From an uncultured Candidatus Saccharibacteria bacterium (GTDB lineage: Bacteria; Patescibacteriota; Minisyncoccia; Phycocordibacterales; UBA1006), in assembly GCA_964601935.1 (NCBI GenBank), contig CAZROP010000004.1, positions 6,493-70,492 of the forward strand: DNA of 64,000 nucleotides, read 5' to 3'. A model generated the notes under the pieces. It was given only the letters and a program-made list of their open reading frames with translations, had not been told where the DNA came from and did no database searches. Positions within the stretch are counted from its first letter, which is position 1, and every line of letters begins with the position of its first letter. The translations under genes were made by a program, and so were the position numbers. Of this stretch, positions 1 to 9,294 are shown one piece after another.

Positions 1-2
1 CT

Positions 3-401
3 GTTGGAATCGCATATCTAATGTATGCATGGTCACTACTACCGTGTATCCCTACACGACGTATTACTGTCGCAAGCACGAGTATTTGGGTATGTGTTGC
101 AGACACACCCACGGAACAGACACGTGGATTATCGTATTCACGCTATTTGCCAAAGAAGTGGGGAATGCTGTTTGTTTTTAGCGATTACAGCCATCATCAA
201 TTTTGGATGAAGGATATGAGGTATCCGATAGATATTCTATGGCTTAACGACGATCTGGAGCCCGTAGAGGTGGCGCGTGGTGCACATCCAGACAGTTATC
301 CTGGTCTGTTTACTCCTGTGTATGCAAACAGATTTGTCTTAGAAACAAGGCCGGGAGTAGTACCAGGAGCATATGATTCAGTATCTATTAGTGATGAATA
401 G
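3..401 (+). CDS. DUF192 family protein (5' end probably outside window)
   Basis: Motifs VADTPTEQTRGLS, GMLFVF, FWMKDMRYPIDILWL and FVLE; the frame is open back to the window start. Confidence 0.85.
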   Translation, partial: VGIAYLMYAWSLLPCIPTRRITVASTSIWVCVADTPTEQTRGLSYSRYLPKKWGMLFVFSDYSHHQFWMKDMRYPIDILWLNDDLEPVEVARGAHPDSYPGLFTPVYANRFVLETRPGVVPGAYDSVSISDE

Positions 402-730
402 TATTCAGGGCATTAGTCATGTCAAACTTTCATAGAAAAAGCTATTCTAGAGACGCATACTTTGACAGTATTGTCTGAAGGTTCTGGAATTGATGGTTTT
501 CACCAGAGCATAATTGAGTATCCAGGATAAATAGCGCACAATGGAAAAGTCGTAAGATATTAATCACAACCTTAACCAAAGACCTCTGCGGGGGAACGTC
601 TATGGATACCAAATCACCTGATGATCCTATATCATCATGCTTTCATCAGAAGCGTGCTCTTTTTTCTAATTCGATAAGATTGAGCATGCTAAATAGATCA
701 GAATATATAACGCAGTACACACGATAACCT

Positions 731-2026
731 ATGTTAAAAGTTAAATCAGAAGTTATAACAACAGTTACAAAACGTGATGGTTCAATTGTTCCTTTTACTG
801 TTTCCAAAATTGCACTGGCAGTCAAAAAGGCTATGAAATCTACTGCGGATTTCAAGATTGTTGACCAACACGAGGAAATAGCAAAAAATGTACTCGAGAA
901 ACTCGAAGAGTCACATATCTCTAATCCTGGTAAGAAAATTTCTGTTGAATACGTTCAGGATACCGTAGAGCTCGCCCTGATGGAGGCAGGCTACCATGCG
1001 GTTGCAAAATCATATATTATCTATAGAGATCATCGCGCACAGATGCGAAAGCGAGATATCTTCAAGAAACGTGTAAACCTAAAGCCGTACGAGTACCCGG
1101 AGTTGTTAGAGTATGTAGATGCAATCAGGCATTCGTATTGGATTCATACCGAGTTTAATTTTACGAGCGATATTCAGGATTTCAAAGTAAACATTAACCC
1201 CGCTGAACGAAGTGCCCTGAAACATGCGATGTTAGCTATCGCTCAGATAGAGGTAGCGGTAAAGACATTCTGGGGCGACGTATACAAGAAAATGCCAAAG
1301 CCAGAAATAGGGTCAGTAGGGGCAACCTTTGCAGAAAGCGAGGTGCGTCATCAGGATGCGTATGCTCACTTGCTGGAAATCCTAGGTCTCAATAATGAAT
1401 TTGAAAAGATTAAAGATATTCCTGTAATCATAGATCGTGTAAACTACCTGGAAAAGTCGCTGAGAAATTCCCGCAGCGATGATAATCAGGAGTATGCACA
1501 GTCTGTCCTACTGTTTTCTCTGTTTATCGAACATGTATCGCTCTTTTCCCAGTTCTTGATCATTATGTCGTTTAATAAGCACAAAAATTTGTTCAAAGGA
1601 ATTTCCAATGTAATCGAGGCGACCTCAAAGGAAGAACAAATTCACGGATTATTTGGTATTGATCTAATAAAAATTATTCACGAAGAACATCCCGACTGGT
1701 TCGATACTGAACATAAAGAAGCCATTACTGAGCTGTGCAGGGAAGCCTACGAAGCAGAGAGTAAGCTCGTTGATTGGATATTCGAAAAAGGCGAAGTAGA
1801 CTTTCTCCCGACTAACACAGTAAAAGAGTTTATAAAACATAGGTTCAATAATTCATTACATTCAATCGGACTACCCCGTATATTCCCAATTGATGAAAAA
1901 GTTCTCGAGGAAACAGACTGGTTTGACGACGAGGTAATAGCTACAAAACATGGGGACTTCTTTGTAAAAAGATCAATAAATTATAACAAACGAAGCAAGA
2001 GCATTACTGGTGAGGACCTCTTTTAG
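731..2026 (+). CDS. nrdB: Ribonucleotide reductase beta subunit with N-terminal ATP cone (class Id/NrdBi-like)
   Basis: N-terminal VTKRDGSIVPF...KI..AV.KA...VE.VQD.VE..LM...AKSYIIYR ATP cone; ferritin-like ligands AQIEVAVK, ESEVRH, IEHVSLF, EEQIH; C-terminal DFFVKRSINY...EDLF. Confidence 0.95.
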   Translation: MLKVKSEVITTVTKRDGSIVPFTVSKIALAVKKAMKSTADFKIVDQHEEIAKNVLEKLEESHISNPGKKISVEYVQDTVELALMEAGYHAVAKSYIIYRDHRAQMRKRDIFKKRVNLKPYEYPELLEYVDAIRHSYWIHTEFNFTSDIQDFKVNINPAERSALKHAMLAIAQIEVAVKTFWGDVYKKMPKPEIGSVGATFAESEVRHQDAYAHLLEILGLNNEFEKIKDIPVIIDRVNYLEKSLRNSRSDDNQEYAQSVLLFSLFIEHVSLFSQFLIIMSFNKHKNLFKGISNVIEATSKEEQIHGLFGIDLIKIIHEEHPDWFDTEHKEAITELCREAYEAESKLVDWIFEKGEVDFLPTNTVKEFIKHRFNNSLHSIGLPRIFPIDEKVLEETDWFDDEVIATKHGDFFVKRSINYNKRSKSITGEDLF

Positions 2027-2050
2027 CAGCACAAATAAACATTATATATT

Positions 2051-3721
2051 ATGAAATGGCTCAACGATTACAGTAGACAATTTTTGTCCAAAGGGTATTT
2101 GACTGATGGTCAGACAGCAGAGGAGCGAATTAGATTTATTGCAGACAAGGCAGAAGAGATACTGGGTATTGATGGTTTTGCCGACAAGTTTTATGGCTAT
2201 ATGGAAAAGGGGTATTACTCACTCTCTACGCCGGTATGGTCTAATTTTGGACTACGTAGAGGATTGCCTATCAGTTGTTTCGGCTCGTACATTGATGACG
2301 ATATGGGGCAGATTCTGTATACCCATGGGGAAGTGGGCATGATGACAAAGTTTGGTGGGGGTACCTCGGGATTTTTCGGTGGGTTGCGTCCCAGGGGGGC
2401 AGCAATCAGTAACAACGGTACATCATCAGGGTCGGTGCATTTTATGAAATTATTCGAAGGCGTAGTAGACGTCGTAAGTCAAGGATCAACACGTCGAGGG
2501 CATTTCTCGCCCTACTTACCAGTAGAACATCCTGATATCGAAGAGTTTTTGGATATAGGCACCGAGGGAAATCCTATACAGGAATTGACCCATGCTGTCA
2601 CCGTAACTAACGAATGGATGGAATCTATGATAGGGGGTGATGCAGAAAAACGTGCGCTCTGGGCAAAGGTGATTCAACGTCGATCACAGATCGGCTATCC
2701 CTATATATTATTCACTGATAATGCCAACAACAATACTGTGGATGTATACAAAGATAAGGGGTTGAAAATAGTTGCCAGCAATCTGTGTAGCGAGATTATG
2801 TTGCCCTCTACGCGAGATTGGTCGTTTGTATGCAATTTATCATCATTGAATCTGTTGCATTATGAGGAGTGGAAAGATACTGACGCAGTAGAGACTATGG
2901 TATATTTCCTCGATGCAGTCATGACGGAATTTATTGAAAAGCTGGAGCATTTCCGTGACTCAGACAGCAAAGACGACAACACCGTATTCCATTTTATGGA
3001 GAGAACCTATAACTTTGCTGTGGCGAACCGTGCGCTAGGTCTGGGTGTATTGGGTTGGCATTCATTGCTGCAGAGCAAGATGCTGGCATTCGAGAGTCCT
3101 GCTGCATCAAAGCTCAACGTCACCATCTTCAAAACCATCAAAGAGCGTGCATACGCCGCATCAAAAGAGCTCGCCAACATGTTCGGGGAGCCATCGGTAC
3201 TGGCAGGTTATGGTAGACGAAATACCACGCTCTGTGCGATTGCGCCGACTACATCGTCTGCATTTATTTTGGGACAGGTATCACAAAGCATCGAACCCAT
3301 TTGGTCAAACTGCTATGTAAAGGATATTGCGAAGCTGAAAGTAACGATCAAAAACCCATTTCTCGAGGCGCTCCTCAAAGAGAAAGACAAAAACACCAAA
3401 GAGGTCTGGAATAGTATTCGAGACAACGATGGCTCTGTGCAGCACCTATCATTTTTGACAGAAGACGAAAAAGATATATTCAAAACATTCTCTGAAATAG
3501 ACCAGTACGCCATCATAGATCAGGCTGCTGTCAGGCAGTTGTATATAGATCAGGCGCAGTCACTGAATCTTATGATAAACCCGAATGTCCCCATCAAAGA
3601 TATAAACGCTCTCTATATAGAGGCTTGGAAAAAAGGTATAAAATCACTCTACTATCAGCACAGTATGAATGCTGCCCAGACCCTGAGTAGAAAGAAAATT
3701 TGTGCTAATTGTGAGGCATAA
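2051..3721 (+). CDS. nrdA: Ribonucleotide reductase alpha subunit (short, no ATP cone)
   Basis: GLPISCF, SNLCSEI (radical Cys), APTTSS, KSLYY and C-terminal CANCEA. Confidence 0.95.
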   Translation: MKWLNDYSRQFLSKGYLTDGQTAEERIRFIADKAEEILGIDGFADKFYGYMEKGYYSLSTPVWSNFGLRRGLPISCFGSYIDDDMGQILYTHGEVGMMTKFGGGTSGFFGGLRPRGAAISNNGTSSGSVHFMKLFEGVVDVVSQGSTRRGHFSPYLPVEHPDIEEFLDIGTEGNPIQELTHAVTVTNEWMESMIGGDAEKRALWAKVIQRRSQIGYPYILFTDNANNNTVDVYKDKGLKIVASNLCSEIMLPSTRDWSFVCNLSSLNLLHYEEWKDTDAVETMVYFLDAVMTEFIEKLEHFRDSDSKDDNTVFHFMERTYNFAVANRALGLGVLGWHSLLQSKMLAFESPAASKLNVTIFKTIKERAYAASKELANMFGEPSVLAGYGRRNTTLCAIAPTTSSAFILGQVSQSIEPIWSNCYVKDIAKLKVTIKNPFLEALLKEKDKNTKEVWNSIRDNDGSVQHLSFLTEDEKDIFKTFSEIDQYAIIDQAAVRQLYIDQAQSLNLMINPNVPIKDINALYIEAWKKGIKSLYYQHSMNAAQTLSRKKICANCEA

Positions 3722-3796
3722 TATATCCTGTAGCTAATGGTTTCTGGTGGAAATCTCGGCGGAGATTATCAGTTTTTGGTGTATACTGAACAGTAT

Positions 3797-3886
3797 ATGG
3801 CAGAACGTATCAAATTTCGCAAAGAGGAAAAGAAAAAGCCCAAAGACGACAATGAAAAAAAGCTCAAAAAGAAGAGAGAGTACTAA
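3797..3886 (+). CDS. 29-aa Lys-rich small protein (MAERIKFRKEEKKKPKDDNEKKLKKKREY)
   Basis: ATG lies 9 nt after TATACT (3782-3787); the stop is 6 nt before the dedA start. Confidence 0.55.
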   Translation: MAERIKFRKEEKKKPKDDNEKKLKKKREY

Positions 3887-3892
3887 GAGCTT

Positions 3893-4516
3893 ATGTTAGA
3901 TTACCTCAATGCAGAGCACCTAGCGCTGATACCATCTGCATGGGCGTATGCAGGGTTATTAGTTATATGCTTTTTAGAGGGGTTACCTTTGGTCGGTAGT
4001 ATCGTAGCAGGAGGCACTATTGTTTTTGCGGTCGGTACAGTTGCATTAGTCGGAGTAATAGATCCTGTGATCGCTATGGCAGTTGCAACAGCGGGCAGCT
4101 GTCTGGGTGATTTATTCGGATTTTTTGTCCTGCGCCAATATGGTGAGCGGGTACCATTCCTGAAAAAACTTCTCATAGGCGTGCGCAATAACGAAGGTTG
4201 GCTGTCAGACACGTTCGATCGCCGGTATTTCATGATAACGGTGGTATCGCGACTCGTGCCATTTATACGATCGGCGCCATCATTGATCGCAGCCGTCCGG
4301 TCGGTACCTGCGCGCGGATATATCAGTGCAAGTATTCTAGCGTCAGCATTGTGGGCGACTACAGGTATTGCTGCGGGATACGGGTTGGCAGCAATTATTG
4401 ATCCCAAGTATATCATGTTGTTCGTAATAGGTTTTTGTATAGTGTCATCACTGATTGGCATATACAAATACACTCGTGAAAAACGTAGCCCCAAGACCAA
4501 AGTTCACACGGTATGA
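3893..4516 (+). CDS. DedA family membrane protein
   Basis: FLEGLPLVGSIVAG, LGDLFGF, SRLVPFIRS, and several TM helices. Confidence 0.85.
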   Translation: MLDYLNAEHLALIPSAWAYAGLLVICFLEGLPLVGSIVAGGTIVFAVGTVALVGVIDPVIAMAVATAGSCLGDLFGFFVLRQYGERVPFLKKLLIGVRNNEGWLSDTFDRRYFMITVVSRLVPFIRSAPSLIAAVRSVPARGYISASILASALWATTGIAAGYGLAAIIDPKYIMLFVIGFCIVSSLIGIYKYTREKRSPKTKVHTV

Positions 4517-5028
4517 CCTTTGCGGAATTACACACGCATATACGACAGTACGCTGCTGACAGAATGCCACAAGCACTATCGGAAATGCTGGCTGCAATGC
4601 GCTTGGCAGAGTATCTGAACAGTACTCATGGCACCCATTATGATGCAGTATCCAAAGACGCCCAATTCGAGGATGATGGTGTCGATGCGTCTATTTATAA
4701 TTCACGCAATCAGGAAGAAATACAGTACATTCAGGTCACCCGTGCGCGCGAATATGACATGGCACCCGGGCCTGCTAATACCGATGTAGATATAACGGGT
4801 GAACAAATACTAGAGGCGTTGCTGTACAAATGCTCGGTCTATATTCCACGCGGGGTGTACACCCATGGAATGGTACTGCTGATTGTTGGAGTAACTCCTG
4901 CGGATATTGTGCGCGATTTATTAGAACAGGGAATATTCAGCGAGGCTATACGCAATGGTGATTGTTTTGCTGGCGTATACTACCTGACAGGGAAGGAGGT
5001 GGTTGACTTGAAGGGAGGACAGGCATAG
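4513..5028 (+). CDS. Hypothetical protein
   Basis: 171-aa ORF coupled to dedA by an ATGA overlap. Confidence 0.7.
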   Translation: MTFAELHTHIRQYAADRMPQALSEMLAAMRLAEYLNSTHGTHYDAVSKDAQFEDDGVDASIYNSRNQEEIQYIQVTRAREYDMAPGPANTDVDITGEQILEALLYKCSVYIPRGVYTHGMVLLIVGVTPADIVRDLLEQGIFSEAIRNGDCFAGVYYLTGKEVVDLKGGQA

Positions 5029-5070
5029 ACTGGGTATATGTGATCTTGGGTAGGGTTACATAAATAGCCT

Positions 5071-5415
5071 ATGAACATGAAGTTTTTATCAAAATTCATT
5101 GCAGTTATCCTCCTGTGTTCGTGGGGGTATGGTTTGGCTCACCTGGTTCATATGGGAATCATGTCTTCTACAGAAAGCTGCCCGCATGCTCAAAACTCAC
5201 ATGAACTGTGCAAGACGATACTGAATAGCCAGACGACAGAAAAAATAATACAAAAAGAAATACTCATATTTCTATTGATAGTAATCCCATTTTTATTTAT
5301 TGCGGTACCCGTAATACGGTACTCAGAGAAACCCTTAAAAATACGTAATAACAAATTTCCCTCGCTACTCCAAGAGCTCTTTTCTCGAGGGATACTCAAT
5401 CCGAAAGCACCATAA
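5071..5415 (+). CDS. Hypothetical membrane protein
   Basis: Two hydrophobic segments; C-terminal LLQELFSRGILNPK; directly upstream of the DUF305 gene. Confidence 0.7.
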   Translation: MNMKFLSKFIAVILLCSWGYGLAHLVHMGIMSSTESCPHAQNSHELCKTILNSQTTEKIIQKEILIFLLIVIPFLFIAVPVIRYSEKPLKIRNNKFPSLLQELFSRGILNPKAP

Positions 5416-5458
5416 CTATACATATATAACTTTATTTACTTAATTAATTTATATATTT

Positions 5459-5875
5459 ATGAAAACAAACACATTGATTTACATTGTTATCGCATTACAA
5501 GTAGTACTTATTATTTTCTGCATCTCGTGTTTCAGGGGGATGAATTCTATGGATATGGGTTCAGATCGAGGCATGTCAGGAATGCACATGATGCCGAATG
5601 GGGCAATGATGTCTAATTCAGGGGCTCATATGGATTCTATGATGATGGGCATGACTGCTCGTATGCAGGGAAAAACTGGCGATGAGCTGGAAAAAGTATT
5701 CCTAGAAGATATGATCGTTCATCACGAAGGAGCTGTCGAGATGGCCAAGGAGTTACAAAAAGGTACCAAGCGACCAGAACTTCAGAAAATGGCGAGAGAT
5801 ATTATTGGTGTACAAACAGACGAGATTACTATGATGAAGAAATGGCTCCGTGATTGGTTTGGGATTACAAATTAA
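5459..5875 (+). CDS. DUF305 family (CopM-like) Met-rich protein
   Basis: FLEDMIVHHEGAVEMA...ELQKMARDIIGVQTDEITMMKKW; Met-rich linker after an N-terminal TM. Confidence 0.9.
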   Translation: MKTNTLIYIVIALQVVLIIFCISCFRGMNSMDMGSDRGMSGMHMMPNGAMMSNSGAHMDSMMMGMTARMQGKTGDELEKVFLEDMIVHHEGAVEMAKELQKGTKRPELQKMARDIIGVQTDEITMMKKWLRDWFGITN

Positions 5876-5928
5876 TCAGTATTATAATTATAAGTAGGGA
5901 GCAAGCCTGACTCATATTCTTTAGTCAT

Positions 5929-5958
5929 AAAACCACCCACATATATGTGGGTGGTTTT
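5929..5958. terminator. Bidirectional intrinsic terminator
   Basis: AAAACCACCCACAT-AT-ATGTGGGTGGTTTT between convergent genes. Confidence 0.8.
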
Positions 5959-5993
5959 AAATGGAAAAACTATTCGTAATAGATTGAATGCGG

Positions 5994-6950
5994 TCATCTA
6001 GGTAAAGGTTTTCTCTTTAAAATAAACCCACCCATTCCACCTGCACCGAATGGTATCACGAGTATATCTTTCTCCGTGTCTGGGCTGATTGAGTTTTCGC
6101 GTTCTTCTAATCGTCTTTCTAAGGCTATAAAACTACCTGAACAAGTCGGGTTTCCGTGTTCAATGGCAACTTGCTTAAACATTTTAATATTATATAAATT
6201 TTCAATTGTCTCCAGCAATTTTGGATTTGGTTGATGTGGCACTATGTCGTAATCATTTAGTGAAATTCCAAGTTTTCCAGCAACCAAAGCAGGTACCTTT
6301 GACGCTTGGTCACTTACTTCCTTGCCATCCATCTGCCAATATCCACCAATAATACCTAAATCCTCGTCAGCAATTGTTGATTCCGTTGCAAAAATATCAC
6401 CAATTTCCATAACTCCTTCAGATGTATTAGACCAAATTGATACAGAAACCGCATCAGAAAAAAGCGCCTCGACATTTCGATGTCTTACCATTTTTGTAGA
6501 CCAGTCTTGTGTCACATATACAGCATAAGTTTCGTCGGGTTGATTTTCAAACCACTTCTTCATTGCTTCTATTCCAACAATTGAACCGCCACAACCAAAA
6601 CTTTGATCAGAAACGTATACATCGTCAGAAAATCCAGCTTTTTGAGCAAACTTCTTGGTGAGTGATATTTCATCTGTTTTTCCATCAATAGTTATTGGAT
6701 TAGTGGTTCCAAAAACTGCACGTATTTTCTCTCTAGGAATTTTGTGAATATCAAGCAAAGTTTCAAAACAGGAGACAGAAGCATTGACTGGGGCATCTTC
6801 ATTATCCTCCCATGCGTGCCCTTTTTCTTTGCCAGTTTTTTCAGAAATCCACCCCTCAGGTAATCCGTATTTTTCCTCAATTTCTTTATTTAAAATAACT
6901 CTCTCGCCAAATTGATGTTTTAATCCTAATAATGAAATTGGCTTTTCCAT
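5994..6950 (-). CDS. 3-oxoacyl-ACP synthase III (FabH-like) thiolase-fold protein
   Basis: WISEKTG, catalytic FGCGG, LFSDA, MDGKEV, VPHQPN, HGNP, FGAG; AT-rich. Confidence 0.8.
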   Translation of the reverse strand: MEKPISLLGLKHQFGERVILNKEIEEKYGLPEGWISEKTGKEKGHAWEDNEDAPVNASVSCFETLLDIHKIPREKIRAVFGTTNPITIDGKTDEISLTKKFAQKAGFSDDVYVSDQSFGCGGSIVGIEAMKKWFENQPDETYAVYVTQDWSTKMVRHRNVEALFSDAVSVSIWSNTSEGVMEIGDIFATESTIADEDLGIIGGYWQMDGKEVSDQASKVPALVAGKLGISLNDYDIVPHQPNPKLLETIENLYNIKMFKQVAIEHGNPTCSGSFIALERRLEERENSISPDTEKDILVIPFGAGGMGGFILKRKPLPR

Positions 6951-7045
6951 ATACAAAAAAATTATCTTATGAAGTAGCTAATATCCTTATTATAAATCTT
7001 CGCAAAATCACTCCTTAGTTTAGAAAACGAAAACGTTTCGATTTA

Positions 7046-7064
7046 TGATCTCACGGGGAATCGA
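7046..7064 (-). repeat. 19-bp direct repeat of the tRNA-Glu 3' end (att-like)
   Basis: TGATCTCACGGGGAATCGA is identical to 7211-7229. Confidence 0.85.
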
Positions 7065-7210
7065 GTCACGCCACATGGTCGTCCGACTCGCTTTGCTCGT
7101 CTGCACTCCCTGTGTCCCGACCCGCTACAGTTCGACACCCCATGATACCACTTGCCAAATGCAAAAACCAATACTTCCATTAGGTCGTATCGGATTTTGC
7201 TTTGTCAATG

Positions 7211-7282
7211 TGATCTCACGGGGAATCGAACCCCGATTTACTCCGTGAAAGGGAGCCGTCCTAACCGTTAGACGATGAGACC
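7211..7282 (-). tRNA. tRNA-Glu (TTC)
   Basis: GGTCTCATCGTCTAACGGTTAGGACGGCTCCCT-TTC-ACGGAGTAAATCGGGGTTCGATTCCCCGTGAGATCA cloverleaf; CCA not encoded. Confidence 0.95.
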
Positions 7283-7367
7283 GCAGGCACAAACGCGAGA
7301 CGAATCTCTGCTTGTGCATATGGTATAGTACCATGAATCGGGTCTTTTTCAAGTGGCAGATCTCTAC

Positions 7368-7814
7368 CTATTGCACGAGATTACTCTGTGATAGGTACTT
7401 CTCGAACACCGCATGCTCGTTTTCTATAATAGGGTACTGGCGATGGTCAGCAGGATCAATCCATAGATATGCATCGTGCTCGTTGCTGAGAATTACATCA
7501 GTTGAAATAGCTTTACAGAGGTAGAATATTCCAACAATCTGCCATTGCTCGCCACGGACGGCATGCCGCCACTCATCCACCAGTAGTGGCGTAATCATCT
7601 CTATCGCGAGCCCTGATTCCTCGCGTACTTCACGGTACAGACCATCTAGAAAATACTCGCCAGTGTTCAGCCGACCTCCCGGTAGTCCATATTTGCCGGC
7701 CTGGACTCCGTCGGGATTGGTGGTTGATTCGTGTAGTACAAGTACCTTGCCATCGTGAACGATGAATCCTTTGTTCGCGAGAAAAAACTTGTCTACTTTT
7801 GTTTCTTTATCCAT
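7368..7814 (-). CDS. NUDIX hydrolase
   Basis: Nudix box PGGRLNTGEYFLDGLYREVREESGL; LSNEHDAYLW. Confidence 0.9.
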   Translation of the reverse strand: MDKETKVDKFFLANKGFIVHDGKVLVLHESTTNPDGVQAGKYGLPGGRLNTGEYFLDGLYREVREESGLAIEMITPLLVDEWRHAVRGEQWQIVGIFYLCKAISTDVILSNEHDAYLWIDPADHRQYPIIENEHAVFEKYLSQSNLVQ

Positions 7815-8740
7815 AAATAGAGGTCTTCGAGTGCTCGTACGGCATCGCCCGCAGCTATATTATTCTGGTGGTACAAACAGTTGGTGCAGTCACCCGCAGC
7901 CCACAGGCGTGATAAACCTGTCGCACCACTTCGTGGATCAGCGATAATACGTCCTGCTTCATCAAGCAGGGGACCACTAATTTCCTTAGTAAAATCTTTT
8001 AATAATTCTGTGTTAGGAATCTGTCCTATCTCTATAAAAATCCCAGCAGTGGGGAGGACCACGTCTGATTCGCTGGGAGTGCTATAACGAATGCCTGATA
8101 CTAACTTATCGCCGAGTACTTCATGGATGGTGACGTTCTTTATTACTTTGAAATTCGGATTACTCATTGCAGCATTTATCGTAATCTCGTCTGCGCGAAA
8201 TGTGTCACTACGGTGGAGTAGGGTGACCGATGTGCAATACGCCAGCAGTTGCAGTGCGGATTCGAACCCTGCATTTCCCCCGCCCACAACGACGACATCC
8301 TGACCAGTGAATACTGGTCCATCGCACGATGCACAATAGGTCACTCCACGGTGTTCGAATTTATCTGCATTGATTGCGTCGAGCTTGCGGCGATTGCTAC
8401 CGAGAGTATACAGCAGGGAATGTGATCGTACTGCTGCACCAGATGCTGTATGAGTAGTGTATATATTCCCTTCTCTGGTTATTTTCTCTATCCGTGATAG
8501 ATGTACTGCGACATCTGGATATGCGCGTACGTGGGATTCGAGTGATTTTGCCAGGTCTGAACCCGAAATTTCTGGTGTTCCTATCCAATTATAGATGGTT
8601 TCTGATACCACCGACTGCCCTCCAAATGATTCTGTAATCAGTGCTGTTGATAGTTGTTTGCGTGCCGCATAGACTGCGCCCGCGCATCCCGCTGGACCAC
8701 CGCCCAGGATTGCCACATCATAAATTGTGTCTGAGTTCAT
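7793..8740 (-). CDS. trxB: Thioredoxin-disulfide reductase (TrxB/AhpF-like)
   Basis: GGGPAG, GVTYCASCDG, VVGGGNAG, AAGD; start reassigned to ATG 8740, 9 nt after TATACT. Confidence 0.9.
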   Translation of the reverse strand: MNSDTIYDVAILGGGPAGCAGAVYAARKQLSTALITESFGGQSVVSETIYNWIGTPEISGSDLAKSLESHVRAYPDVAVHLSRIEKITREGNIYTTHTASGAAVRSHSLLYTLGSNRRKLDAINADKFEHRGVTYCASCDGPVFTGQDVVVVGGGNAGFESALQLLAYCTSVTLLHRSDTFRADEITINAAMSNPNFKVIKNVTIHEVLGDKLVSGIRYSTPSESDVVLPTAGIFIEIGQIPNTELLKDFTKEISGPLLDEAGRIIADPRSGATGLSRLWAAGDCTNCLYHQNNIAAGDAVRALEDLYLWIKKQK

Positions 8741-9183
8741 ACAGGGGTTAGTATACCATAGGCTGGCCCAGAAAAATCGATCCTGAGCCAATTTTGAGCC
8801 TCGTAGTTGGGGAGAATCAAACAGGTAATTTGAGAGAGCACTACGGCGCATAGGTTATAGGTAGTTACAGCGGATTCTTGAGCTGTATCTCTGCAAGTCA
8901 GCAGACCCTCTGCCTCTAAACACTTATTTGTAGATATATTCTCTCGGATTCCTACTAATCGTTATTTTTATAAGACTATAATATTGTGCGACACAGAGAA
9001 AGCGGATTCGGGTAATTCGGAAGTTGGTTTTAGTATATTTATATTGTGTAAAAAACCTTTCTGAGTATCAATACTGGTAGTAATTACAACGATAATAGAG
9101 TAGAGAAGCATTAGAGACGGAAAACCTAGAAAGCCAGCTAAAGCGTGTAAAAATCACCATATTATTGATACGTTAATATCTCT

Positions 9184-9211
9184 ATGTCGTAAAAGATATA
9201 TTGTACGACAC
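9184..9211. other. Putative dif/Xer-type recombination site
   Basis: ATGTCGTAAAA-GATATA-TTGTACGACAC: imperfect inverted 11-bp arms around a 6-bp spacer in a long intergenic region. Confidence 0.5.
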
Positions 9212-9294
9212 ACTGTATACAGCAGACCAGGGCTGGAATTCAGGCTGAGACATACCCCTCTGGCCCTAGTTCTCTGTTATAAATTAGCGCGTAG

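Noticed and set aside
600-667. CTGATGATCCTA resembling a fluoride riboswitch 3' end or hammerhead core, upstream of nrdB
   Set aside because: No P1 stem (GGCGATGG..TTCGCC) and no correctly placed stem II/GAAA; only a terminator-like hairpin is supportable.
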